A model generated the notes under the pieces. It did not search any database, was not told where the DNA came from, and worked only from the letters and a program-made list of their open reading frames with translations. From an uncultured Verrucomicrobiae bacterium (GTDB lineage Bacteria > Verrucomicrobiota > Verrucomicrobiia > Limisphaerales > Palsa-1400): DNA of 64,000 nt. The DNA lies in NCBI GenBank assembly GCA_963764165.1, contig CAVXRD010000002.1, forward strand, positions 2,240,001 to 2,304,000, given 5' to 3'. Below, in pieces: positions 54,207-64,000 of the stretch; position 1 is the stretch's first letter, and each line of letters begins with the position of its first letter. The translations under genes and the position numbers were made by a program.

Positions 54207-54262
54207 CCGCTTTTTATTTCACGAAAAACGGCTCGGGAACTCCAAATCCCCCAGCCTCAACG

Positions 54263-54325
54263 TGCGCCAAAGGACTTGGCGCAGTGAGACACGATTCGAG
54301 CCAAGTTGTCTCACATGCTGGCGCA
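54263..54325. promoter_or_regulatory. Putative enhancer palindromes upstream of the dnaK sigma54 motif
   Basis: TGCGCCAA-aggac-TTGGCGCA (54263-54283), GTGAGACA-N15-TGTCTCAC (54284-54314) and a further TGGCGCA (54319-54325). Confidence 0.5.
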
Positions 54326-54387
54326 TCGGTTTCGTTGATGTGATTGCAAGGCGCTGCTTTACAACGTGTTACATCGTTATTAGCTCA

Positions 54388-54403
54388 TGGCACCCCTTCT
54401 GCT
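54388..54403 (+). promoter_or_regulatory. Putative sigma54 promoter of dnaK
   Basis: TGGCACCCCTTCTGCT (GG-N10-GC), 18 nt before ATG 54422. Confidence 0.65.
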
Positions 54404-54421
54404 CAGCATCTATTGAATTTT

Positions 54422-56383
54422 ATGGCTAAAGTAATTGGAATTGATCTCGGAACCACAAACTCGTGCATGGCCGTTATGGAAGGCGGCGAGCCAGTGGTGT
54501 TGGAAAACTCTGAAGGCAAACGCACTACCCCTTCCGTCGTGGCCTTTACCAAATCCGGCGAGCGTGTGATTGGCGATGCCGCAAAACGGCAGGCCGTCAC
54601 CAACTCCCGCAACACCGTATACTCTATTAAGCGCTTCATGGGCCGCAAGTTCAGCGAAGTCGGCGAAGAATTGAAACGCGTCCCCTACAAAGTCGTGTCG
54701 GGCGCCAACGGCGACGCTGCGGTGGAAATTGAAATCGACGGCAAGAAGCAGACCTTCAGCCCGCAGGAAATTTCCGCGATGATTTTGTCGAAGTTGAAAG
54801 CGGACGCTGAAATGCGCCTGGGCGAGAAGATCACCCAGGCTGTTATCACGGTTCCTGCCTATTTCAACGACGCCCAGCGCCAGGCCACCAAAGACGCCGG
54901 CCGCATTGCGGGTTTGGAAGTTCTTCGCATTATTAACGAACCGACGGCAGCTTCGCTCGCCTACGGTTTGGACAAGAAGAAGAATGAGGAAATCGCGGTC
55001 TACGATTTGGGCGGCGGCACCTTCGATATTTCCGTCCTGGAAATCGGCGACGGCGTGTTCGAAGTCAAAGCCACCAACGGCGACACCCACCTGGGCGGCG
55101 ACGACTGGGACAATCGCATCATGGATTGGATCCTCGACGAATTCAAAAAGGAGAACGGCATGGACCTGCGCAAGCAGCCCGACGCGCTCCAACGCATCAA
55201 AGAGGAATCCGAAAAAGCCAAGATCGCACTTTCCAGCTCGCAGGTTTATGAAATCAATTTGCCGTTCATCACGGCGGACGCCAGTGGCCCGAAGCACGTC
55301 AGCACCAAATTGACGCGCGCCAAAATGGAGCAGCTTTGCGACGATTTGTTCGAGCGCACCATCGGCCCAGTCAAGAATTGCCTCAAGGACGCCGGGCTCA
55401 GCGGCGAGAAAATGGACGAATTGGTTCTCGTCGGTGGCATGACCCGCATGCCGCGCGTCGTGGAAACAGCCCGCAGCCTTGTCAACAAACCGCCGCACCA
55501 GGGTGTCAATCCCGATGAAGTGGTCGCCGTCGGCGCCGCCATTCAAGCCGGCGTGCTCAAGGGCGAAGTCAAGGACGTGCTTTTGCTCGACGTGACGCCG
55601 CTTTCGCTCGGCATTGAAACGCTGGGCGGAGTGTTCACGAAATTGATCGACCGCAACACGACGATCCCGACGCGGAAATCGGAAATTTTCTCCACCGCCT
55701 CGGATAACCAGCCCGGCGTGGAAATACACGTTTTGCAGGGAGAACGCCAATTCTCGCGCGACAACAAGACGATTGGAAAATTCAACTTGACGGATATTCC
55801 ACCCGCCCCGCGCGGCGTGCCGCAGGTGGAAGTGACCTTCGACATCGACGCCAACGGCATTCTCCACGTCAGCGCCAAGGATCTTGGCACCGGCAAGGAG
55901 CAGAAGATCACGATCACGGCCAGCGGCGGATTGTCGAAGGACGAGATCGAGAAAATGCGCAAAGACGCGGAGTCCCACGCCGAAGAGGATAAGGCGAAGC
56001 GCGACGAAATCGACGCTCGCAACGAGGCGGACAACACCGTTTATCGCAGCGAGAAAATGCTCAAGGACAACGCCGATAAAATCTCTGGCGACTTGAAGAA
56101 AAAGATCGAAGACGGTGCGACAGCGGTGAAGGAAGCCTTGAAAGGCACCGATGCGGGGGCGATCCGCTCCGCGACCGAAAAGCTCAACGAAGCCTGGCAG
56201 GCGGCCTCGGCGGAAATGTATCGCTCGGCAGCCGAAACCGCCAAGGCGCGCGGCGGCGCGGGCGCAGGCCCTGGCCCCGGCGCAGGCGGTCCGCCACCTG
56301 GTGGAGCAGGCGATTCCGGCGCCGGCAAAGCAAAGGAAGAAGGCCCGATCATCGACGCCGAAGTCGTCGAGGAGAAGAAGTAA
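54422..56383 (+). CDS. dnaK: Chaperone DnaK (Hsp70)
   Basis: [65 protein letters not shown]; start at ATG 54422. Confidence 0.98.
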   Translation: MAKVIGIDLGTTNSCMAVMEGGEPVVLENSEGKRTTPSVVAFTKSGERVIGDAAKRQAVTNSRNTVYSIKRFMGRKFSEVGEELKRVPYKVVSGANGDAAVEIEIDGKKQTFSPQEISAMILSKLKADAEMRLGEKITQAVITVPAYFNDAQRQATKDAGRIAGLEVLRIINEPTAASLAYGLDKKKNEEIAVYDLGGGTFDISVLEIGDGVFEVKATNGDTHLGGDDWDNRIMDWILDEFKKENGMDLRKQPDALQRIKEESEKAKIALSSSQVYEINLPFITADASGPKHVSTKLTRAKMEQLCDDLFERTIGPVKNCLKDAGLSGEKMDELVLVGGMTRMPRVVETARSLVNKPPHQGVNPDEVVAVGAAIQAGVLKGEVKDVLLLDVTPLSLGIETLGGVFTKLIDRNTTIPTRKSEIFSTASDNQPGVEIHVLQGERQFSRDNKTIGKFNLTDIPPAPRGVPQVEVTFDIDANGILHVSAKDLGTGKEQKITITASGGLSKDEIEKMRKDAESHAEEDKAKRDEIDARNEADNTVYRSEKMLKDNADKISGDLKKKIEDGATAVKEALKGTDAGAIRSATEKLNEAWQAASAEMYRSAAETAKARGGAGAGPGPGAGGPPPGGAGDSGAGKAKEEGPIIDAEVVEEKK

Positions 56384-56404
56384 GTTTGACACCGCTTATA
56401 TCGA

Positions 56405-56434
56405 TGCCCCTTCGGCGAATCCGTCGAAGGGGCA
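56405..56434 (+). other. Stem-loop directly after dnaK (stabiliser or weak terminator; no U-tract)
   Basis: TGCCCCTTCGGCG-aatc-CGTCGAAGGGGCA. Confidence 0.5.
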
Positions 56435-56440
56435 AACGAG

Positions 56441-56719
56441 ATGGTCGATGAAGATCCAATAAAGTTAATCGCACGGCGGCTGATCTGGTGGCAATCGCCC
56501 GAACTTTCGTTGGAAAATCCGCGCCGCTTTTTGGCGCAGGTAATGACTTTGGGGACGTGGGATGAAATTCAGATGGTTAAGAAAAAGTTTGGCCGGGATG
56601 CGTTCAAGGATGTTTTGTTGAATGCGCCGCCCGGAGTTTTTGATGGTCGCTCGTGGAGTTATTGGCACGTTATATTTGACATGCCAGAGGCTGAGATGCC
56701 TCGTCGTTCTTTGAAATGA
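56441..56719 (+). CDS. Small Trp-rich protein, putative antitoxin partner of the downstream nucleotidyltransferase
   Basis: ARRLIWWQSPE...FLAQVMTLGTWDEI...PGVFDGRSWSYWH; ATGA overlap with the next gene. Confidence 0.65.
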   Translation: MVDEDPIKLIARRLIWWQSPELSLENPRRFLAQVMTLGTWDEIQMVKKKFGRDAFKDVLLNAPPGVFDGRSWSYWHVIFDMPEAEMPRRSLK

Positions 56720-57375
56720 GTTTCGTGCCAAAGTTGTCGATTCTTCCAACAGCGCAACGCGCAATTTGGAATGAGTTGCGGCAGGTGCCGCGCCGGTTTG
56801 TGCTTTACGGTGGAACGGCGCTGGCGTTGCGGTTGGGGCACCGAGTATCGGAAGACTTTGATTTTTTCGCCGATGCGCCCGTGCTTCCCGAACAACTTTT
56901 GCGTGATATTCCGCTGCTAAACAACGCTGTCGTTCGGCAAAGTGCGCCGAACACACTAACTGTCAGCGCCGGCAAAGATGCTGGCGTCAAGATTTCGTTC
57001 TTCGGCTTGAGTCGGCGGCGGATCAGAAATCCCGAACTGACGGATGATGGGGTTATAAATGTCGCGTCGTTGCTGGATGTGGCGGCGTTTAAGATGGCTG
57101 TTCTGCCAATGCGGGCGGAAGCAAAAGATTATTTGGATGTTCATGCCTTGCTCCAGCATGGAATTTCCGTGAGGGAGGCTCTCGGCGCGGCACGAGCAGT
57201 TTACGGCGAGCAGTTCAATCCAGCGACAACGTTGAAAGCATTGACTTACTTCACGGATGGGGACTTGCCGTCTCTGCCTGAGCGCGTAAAGCAGTCGTTG
57301 CGCAACGCCGCAGCGGTTGACGAGATTGCGCAAATTGAACCGTTGCCAGGCGGGTTGACCCCGTCTGGGCTTTAA
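56716..57375 (+). CDS. Nucleotidyltransferase, AbiEii/DUF1814 toxin family
   Basis: [40 protein letters not shown]. Confidence 0.88.
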   Translation: MSFVPKLSILPTAQRAIWNELRQVPRRFVLYGGTALALRLGHRVSEDFDFFADAPVLPEQLLRDIPLLNNAVVRQSAPNTLTVSAGKDAGVKISFFGLSRRRIRNPELTDDGVINVASLLDVAAFKMAVLPMRAEAKDYLDVHALLQHGISVREALGAARAVYGEQFNPATTLKALTYFTDGDLPSLPERVKQSLRNAAAVDEIAQIEPLPGGLTPSGL

Positions 57376-57452
57376 GATTTTCCCGGGTGCGAGTGCGCCG
57401 GGATTTTGATTCGAAGAGAATAAAAATAAACAGAATAGGAAAATTAAAAATT

Positions 57453-57746
57453 ATGGCCATTAACATTAAGCCTCTCGGTGACCGGATTCTTGTCGAACCC
57501 GCCGAAGAGAAGGAAGTCAAAAAAGGCGGCATTATCATCCCCGATTCCGCCAAGGAAAAACCCACCGAAGGAATCGTCGTTGCCCTTGGCACCGGCAAGA
57601 CTGACGACAGCGGAAAGAAAGTTGCCTTTGAAGTCAAAAAGGGCGATCGCGTCCTCGTCAGCAAATACGGCGGCACCGAGCTCAAGCTCGACGGCAAGGA
57701 ATACAAAATTTTCAACGCCGACGACATCATCGCCGTCATCGAATAA
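57453..57746 (+). CDS. groES: Co-chaperonin GroES
   Basis: [40 protein letters not shown] 57453. Confidence 0.97.
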   Translation: MAINIKPLGDRILVEPAEEKEVKKGGIIIPDSAKEKPTEGIVVALGTGKTDDSGKKVAFEVKKGDRVLVSKYGGTELKLDGKEYKIFNADDIIAVIE

Positions 57747-57763
57747 CCCTCTTTAACCTCTAA

Positions 57764-59428
<1,665 letters not shown>

Positions 59429-59456
59429 GATAGTCCGTGAGATAGAATTAAAACGA

Positions 59457-59491
59457 AGCGAGGCTGGCGAGTGCCAGCCTCGCTGTTTTTT
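59457..59491 (+). terminator. Rho-independent terminator after groEL
   Basis: AGCGAGGCTGGC-gagt-GCCAGCCTCGCT followed by GTTTTTT. Confidence 0.8.
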
Positions 59492-59515
59492 CTGTCTACA
59501 GTAAACAGCGCGGAA

Positions 59516-59935
59516 TCAGCGGTCTGGCTGAAAGGATCCTCCATAACCGGGGGCGTAGAGCCTAACTCCCAGAACGTCGCGCAAAATATCGAAATGTTTA
59601 TCCTTCGCGTATACTCGACAAACCCAAGTAAGGGACAGGCTGCCGATCAACACGTCATTCCACGGCAGACTGAAACCTTTATCGCGCAGCCGCCACGCGC
59701 AGTCCTTGGCGAACTCCCAAGCTTCGTCGTTCATACCACGGTAAGGAATGCACTCAAAATATGAGGACATCCGCTTCCGATCCTGCGCACGCGCTCCGCC
59801 CAAAAACTCCAGCTTGACGGGTCCGCAAAACATCGCTTCGGCGGCCTCAAGCAGGCCTTCTAACCCGACTTTGTATTCGAGGCCACCGTCGCGACGCGAG
59901 GCTTCAATCCAAACGGACGAATCGACCAAGACCAT
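59516..59935 (-). CDS. vapC: VapC PIN-domain toxin
   Basis: MVLVDSSVWIE, LEFLGGAR, WNDVLIGS, KDKHFD. Confidence 0.88.
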   Translation of the reverse strand: MVLVDSSVWIEASRRDGGLEYKVGLEGLLEAAEAMFCGPVKLEFLGGARAQDRKRMSSYFECIPYRGMNDEAWEFAKDCAWRLRDKGFSLPWNDVLIGSLSLTWVCRVYAKDKHFDILRDVLGVRLYAPGYGGSFQPDR

Positions 59936-60138
59936 CAGCCCTGTTCCTTTTCGATTTCATCATTGGTGGATGGATAATCAAACGCACCTTCCCGGAGTAA
60001 TTTGCCAAACTCCTTGGCTTTTTCCCGTTTGATATATTCACTCACAGCGAAAGCCACTGCGGGGCTCTTTTTGTCCTGACCGGTAATCCTGCTTAATTCC
60101 TCGAGAGATTCATCTTCTATGTCCACTGTTATTCTCAT
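59935..60138 (-). CDS. vapB: VapB antitoxin
   Basis: MRITVDIEDESLEELSRITG...AVAFAVSEYI; 1-nt overlap with vapC; upstream TTGCCT-N16-TATTTT promoter bracketed by the inverted repeat TTGCCT...AGGCAA (60140-60174). Confidence 0.82.
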   Translation of the reverse strand: MRITVDIEDESLEELSRITGQDKKSPAVAFAVSEYIKREKAKEFGKLLREGAFDYPSTNDEIEKEQG

Positions 60139-60205
60139 ATTGCCTCAAAATACATCTTTATTATTAATAGGCAAGTGTTTTTTGATGCATTAACGCAATA
60201 TATTC

Positions 60206-60901
60206 TCATCTTTTTCGATTATAGCTGGATTGGCTATATTTCTGAAAACGCAAAGATTCAATTGAATTTCGCAACTTGATCTCCATTTCCATCGGAAGCC
60301 AACGGATGCCAAAATGTTCCCGCGCGACTTCGACGATGGCATTCTGCCAATCGGCGGGACTTATTTTTATGGGCGGCGGTTGGACTGATCCTTGGATGAG
60401 CAATCCGTTGTGCGTGCGGCGTTGGGCGGCGCCGGCGATTTTCTTTCCGTGCCAGAGCACGTCGTCTTTTTCCGCGCCGATGAAGCATTGACCGGGAATT
60501 TCTTTTACACGCTCAGGGGCGAGCGTTGTTGCGATATTGATGCGGGCGAATGCGTCGCGAATCCACACGTGGACACGGCGGTAGCTTTCCACCGCCCTCA
60601 GTTGATGCCAAGAGTGCCCAGCCGGAAAAACCAGACTGTAGGTCCAATCTGCATCGTGGGGCACCAGGCCGCCTCCGGTGGGGCGGCGCACCAAAGGTCG
60701 CAGCAGCGTGAGGCGTTCGATCTCCGCGTAACTTTGCGAGTATCCAAAAGTCGCGGCGGGCTCTGTCCACCCGTAGAAGCGCAGAACCGGCCGCCCTAAC
60801 TGGGGGCCGAATTCCAACAAAGCCTCATCCAACGCCATGTTGTAATCAGCGGCACTTTCGTGTTGACGCAGAAGGAACCAAGTTTCGCCCGTGGCATTCA
60901 T
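60206..60901 (-). CDS. Lipoate-protein ligase / octanoyltransferase (LplA/LipM family)
   Basis: NMALDEALL, LRFYGW, VRRPTGGGLVPH, KKIAGAAQRR. Confidence 0.85.
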   Translation of the reverse strand: MNATGETWFLLRQHESAADYNMALDEALLEFGPQLGRPVLRFYGWTEPAATFGYSQSYAEIERLTLLRPLVRRPTGGGLVPHDADWTYSLVFPAGHSWHQLRAVESYRRVHVWIRDAFARINIATTLAPERVKEIPGQCFIGAEKDDVLWHGKKIAGAAQRRTHNGLLIQGSVQPPPIKISPADWQNAIVEVAREHFGIRWLPMEMEIKLRNSIESLRFQKYSQSSYNRKR

Positions 60902-60915
60902 GAAATCATTTGCGG

Positions 60916-61620
60916 TCAGACTTTCGCGCGCAGCTTCTTTTGCTCTTCAGGGGTTAGCTTCGGATTTAAAACTCTCTGGCCCGTTGGACAATCTCCTTTG
61001 ATCTCGCAACCGGGACAATCCGGATTGCGCGCCACGCAGCGGCGGCGGCCATGCCAAATCAACCAATGACTCAGCAGCGTCCAATCCTTTTGCGGCGCGA
61101 GCGCTTGCAAATCGATCTCAATTTTCTCCGGCGATTCGTGCGCGCTCAGCGCCAATCGATGCGAAAGCCGAGCCACGTGTGTGTCAACAACAACGCCCGC
61201 GTTGATGTTGAAAGCATTTCCCAAAACCACATTCGCCGTCTTTCGTCCGACGCCACTGAGCGCCGTCAATTCGTCCATGGAGCGAGGAACCTCGCCGTGA
61301 TATTTGGCCACGAGCGATTCACAGGCTGCTTTGATATTTTTGGCCTTGTTGCGATAGAGGCCGATGCGGCGAATATCGTTTTCCAGTTCCGGCAGCGGCG
61401 CATTCGCAAAATCCGACGCCGTTCGGTATTTTTTGAACAGCGACTCTGTGACAATATTCACCTGCTTGTCGGTGCATTGCGCGGAGAGAATAGTTGCGAT
61501 CAACAATTCGAGCGCATTGGTGAAATCAAGTTCGCAATGCGCGTTGGGATACGCGCGCGCAAGTCCCTCCATGATTCGGAAGGCGCGTTCCTTTCGTCCT
61601 GCTAAATTTTCGCGGGCCAT
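60916..61620 (-). CDS. nth: Endonuclease III
   Basis: LLIATILSAQCTD, LSGVGRKTANVV, VDTHVARL, C-X6-C-X2-C-X5-C FeS motif; ATG 61620 lies 7 nt after a TAGGAT -10 box. Confidence 0.95.
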   Translation of the reverse strand: MARENLAGRKERAFRIMEGLARAYPNAHCELDFTNALELLIATILSAQCTDKQVNIVTESLFKKYRTASDFANAPLPELENDIRRIGLYRNKAKNIKAACESLVAKYHGEVPRSMDELTALSGVGRKTANVVLGNAFNINAGVVVDTHVARLSHRLALSAHESPEKIEIDLQALAPQKDWTLLSHWLIWHGRRRCVARNPDCPGCEIKGDCPTGQRVLNPKLTPEEQKKLRAKV

Positions 61621-61831
61621 GCTGAGCATCCTAACTCATCGAACGATACGGTAACCACCCAAACCCCGCCAAGCAATTCGAGGCGACTTCTCGACGCAGT
61701 GCGAGAGCAACGCGATTCTTCTTCGCGCGAAAAGATTGCGCGTCCCTGAAAGAAGCGCGATGATTAAGATCGGTCGTTCGGAAGTTTTATGCCGGATAAC
61801 CGCGCGCCTAAAACGCCGACGTAAAATTATT

Positions 61832-62482
61832 ATGCCGCTCGCACTTACACTTGAGACGTTAAAAGTTGAAGCGTCCGCTTTCGCGGCGACGGAATCGATC
61901 CACGATGAACCAGCCCTCTTCGGAGTCACGGACGGAAAAGCCGTTGGCACCTACCTCGAGCAGAAATTTCAACAAGCTCTAATCAAAAAATATACCTACG
62001 TGTATGGCTCTTCGGCAAAAGGAATCGACTTCCCGGAATTAAATGTAGACCTCAAAACGACGAGCATAAAACAGCCCCAATCATCTTGTCCGTTCAAGGA
62101 GGCTCGCCAAAAAGTCTATGGTCTAGGCTATCATTTATTAATTTTCGTATATGAAAAGACAGACGATCACGCGAGGCGGGTTGGCCGATTGAACATTTTG
62201 CACACGGTTTTTGTCGACTCGTCGAATACGGCAGACTTTCAAACAACCACGGGAATCTTAAAGATCATTGAAAATCGAGGAAATGAGGACGATCTCATTG
62301 CGTTTTTTGCTGAGCGAACGCTGCCAATCGATGATATTCATGCGCGGGCGCTGGCCGAGGAGGTGTTGCGCGCGCCACCCAAAATCGGATACCTGACAAT
62401 CTCAAACGCCTTGCAGTGGCGACTCCAATACAGCCGGGTCATAGAAAGCTCCGGCTCCGTGCCCGGAATCGAGCGGCTATGA
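61832..62482 (+). CDS. Type II restriction endonuclease (NspV-like by recollection)
   Basis: GVTDGKAVGTYLEQKF, GIDFPELNVDLKTTS (PD-(D/E)xK-like), QPQSSCPFK, ISNALQWRLQY; ATGA overlap with the methyltransferase. Confidence 0.78.
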   Translation: MPLALTLETLKVEASAFAATESIHDEPALFGVTDGKAVGTYLEQKFQQALIKKYTYVYGSSAKGIDFPELNVDLKTTSIKQPQSSCPFKEARQKVYGLGYHLLIFVYEKTDDHARRVGRLNILHTVFVDSSNTADFQTTTGILKIIENRGNEDDLIAFFAERTLPIDDIHARALAEEVLRAPPKIGYLTISNALQWRLQYSRVIESSGSVPGIERL

Positions 62483-64000
62483 GTCAGAAAAAAGAATTTG
62501 GAGACTTTCAAACGCCGTTGGCGTTAGCGCGGGAGGTGGTTGACCTCGTAAGCAGCCAAATTGCACCTCCCACGCTGATCATCGAACCCACGGCTGGAAT
62601 AGGAGCATTTCTACGGGCGTCTTTTGATAAGTGGGGAAAGGCTGCGAAGTATCAGGGCTTCGAGATTAATCCCACCTACGTGCATGCAGCCAACGAGAAT
62701 TTGGCTGGAACCGGCGCTGCGGTTCAGCAAAGGGACTTCTTCGCTTCGGACTGGCCAGAGTTCCTGCATTCCACCGATGAAAATGTTCTCGTGATTGGCA
62801 ATCCCCCGTGGGTTACCAGCGCCGAATTAAGCAGTTTTGGAAGCGAGAATCTGCCTCACAAGGTGAATTTTCAAGGTCATAAGGGATTGGATGCCCGGAC
62901 AGGCAAAGCGAATTTCGACATAGCGGAATGGATGATTATTCACCTTCTCGAAGCATTGCCTGCCACCGGCGTTCTGGCGATGCTATGCAAAACAAGCACG
63001 GCAAGAAAGGTATTACGTCACATTTGGAAGCGGCATGGTGGGAAGGCGCAGGCCAGCCTTTTTCAAATTGATGCCAATAAGCATTTCGGTGTTGCCGTGG
63101 ATGCTTGCCTTTTTTTCATTCGTTGCGCCCCGTCCGCCGCGTGCATCGCCACTATTCACGGCACATTAAATCTCGCTAAAAAAATCGGCGAGTTCGGCAT
63201 CGTCGATGGCCACCTTGTTTCAAATACTGAGCTTTACAAGAGGCACGCCGCGTTTGCGGGCGAATCCCCGTACGCTTGGCGGTCCGGCCTCAAGCACGAC
63301 GCCTCGGACGTGATGGAATTGGAACTCCAAAACAGTCGCCTTGTAAATGGCATCGGTGAGTCGGTCGACATCGAGCCAGAGTGCATTTTTCCGCTGCTCA
63401 AATCCTCTGATTTGGGAAATGGCAGAGTGACGCCCAGGCGATTTGTCCTGGTCACGCAACGAACAACTGGAGAGGACACAAACTTGCTCAGATCGAGATC
63501 TCCAAAATCCTGGGCTTACTTGGAAAGCCATACAGCCGTATTTGATGCCCGAAAAAGTTCCATCTACCAGAACCGTCCGCGTTTCTGCATTTTCGGAATT
63601 GGACCGTATTCCTTCTCATCTTGGAAGGTGGCGATTTCCGGCCTCTACGATACACTACGATTTGTCGCTGTGCCTCCTGTGGATGGGCGTCCAGTGATGT
63701 TAGATGACACATGCTATTCCCTTCCTTGCACTTCGCGGGCCGAGGCGGAACTAATCGTCGATCTGCTGAATTCCAAACCTGCCCAAAACCTGCTGCGCTC
63801 ACTCATATTTTTGGATTCAAAACGACCTGTTACTGTGGACGTCCTGCGCCGCTTATCGCTTGTCGCATTGGCGAAGCATTTCGGACGCCACGCTGAATTA
63901 ATGGAGCATATCGAACGAAATGATTTCGTCCGTGTCACCGAAACATCACAATTGCAACTGGTGATGGAAGCTAAAGTCGAATACTGCACGGGCATTAACC
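62479..64000 (+). CDS. Amino (N6-adenine) DNA methyltransferase, gamma class; 3' end beyond window
   Basis: Open frame from ATG 62479: MSQKKEFGDFQTP (motif X), IIEPTAGIGAFL (motif I), IGNPPWVT (motif IV). It appears to reach 64000 without a stop, which would explain its absence from the ORF track. Confidence 0.88.
   Translation, partial: MSQKKEFGDFQTPLALAREVVDLVSSQIAPPTLIIEPTAGIGAFLRASFDKWGKAAKYQGFEINPTYVHAANENLAGTGAAVQQRDFFASDWPEFLHSTDENVLVIGNPPWVTSAELSSFGSENLPHKVNFQGHKGLDARTGKANFDIAEWMIIHLLEALPATGVLAMLCKTSTARKVLRHIWKRHGGKAQASLFQIDANKHFGVAVDACLFFIRCAPSAACIATIHGTLNLAKKIGEFGIVDGHLVSNTELYKRHAAFAGESPYAWRSGLKHDASDVMELELQNSRLVNGIGESVDIEPECIFPLLKSSDLGNGRVTPRRFVLVTQRTTGEDTNLLRSRSPKSWAYLESHTAVFDARKSSIYQNRPRFCIFGIGPYSFSSWKVAISGLYDTLRFVAVPPVDGRPVMLDDTCYSLPCTSRAEAELIVDLLNSKPAQNLLRSLIFLDSKRPVTVDVLRRLSLVALAKHFGRHAELMEHIERNDFVRVTETSQLQLVMEAKVEYCTGIN

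Noticed and set aside
54410..56392. 660-aa ORF antisense to dnaK (and a 354-aa ORF antisense to groEL at 58334-59398)
   Set aside because: Well-known shadow frames caused by codon bias in highly expressed GC-rich chaperone genes; fully overlap unambiguous genes.
57391..57399. GAGTGC as a CIRCE half-site before groES
   Set aside because: No matching TTAGCACTC left arm at 9-bp spacing; it is the loop and stem of a small hairpin, as in the groEL terminator.

Overview
GC-rich bacterial chromosome segment, most consistent with a Verrucomicrobiota (Pedosphaera-like) genome; this is inferred from gene content and order, not from a marker gene. The left 33 kb is one co-directional minus-strand cell-envelope supercluster. 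It runs exosortase/EpsI, priming glycosyltransferase, UDP-GlcA decarboxylase, then a putatively sigma54-driven PilM(N)/Amuc_1100-like/Amuc_1099-like/secretin module, a stand-alone 5'-3' exonuclease and five large exported proteins: a beta-propeller, a catalytically degenerate matrixin-like protein, a ~1450-aa protein, a ~3400-aa delta-60/Calx-beta/P-domain/DUF11 adhesin and an S53 protease with P-domain and DUF11 repeats. The last two each carry one +1 frameshift in a 3-nt homopolymer, probably sequencing errors. The middle holds DUF4230, LptD, an lplT-lnt-aas operon, a FadL/histidine-kinase pair, a BspA-type LRR protein, an ABC exporter, an HTH-MBL hydrolase, pgi and mnmG. The right end has dnaK and groES-groEL interleaved with three toxin-antitoxin-like modules, a lipoate ligase, nth and a type II restriction-modification pair running off the window. 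Intergenic regions contain several miniature repeat elements (inverted arms of 9-10-bp tandem units; REP-in-REP), sigma54 promoters with enhancer-like palindromes and several leaderless-type sigma70 promoters. No rRNA, tRNA, CRISPR array, integrase or transposase was seen. Best novelty candidate: a secretin-based export system clustered with its probable cargo, with a shared ~70-aa C-terminal 'W...F(Y/F)R' domain and strong Thr-Asn enrichment in exported proteins. All family assignments come from motif recognition by eye; no searches were run.
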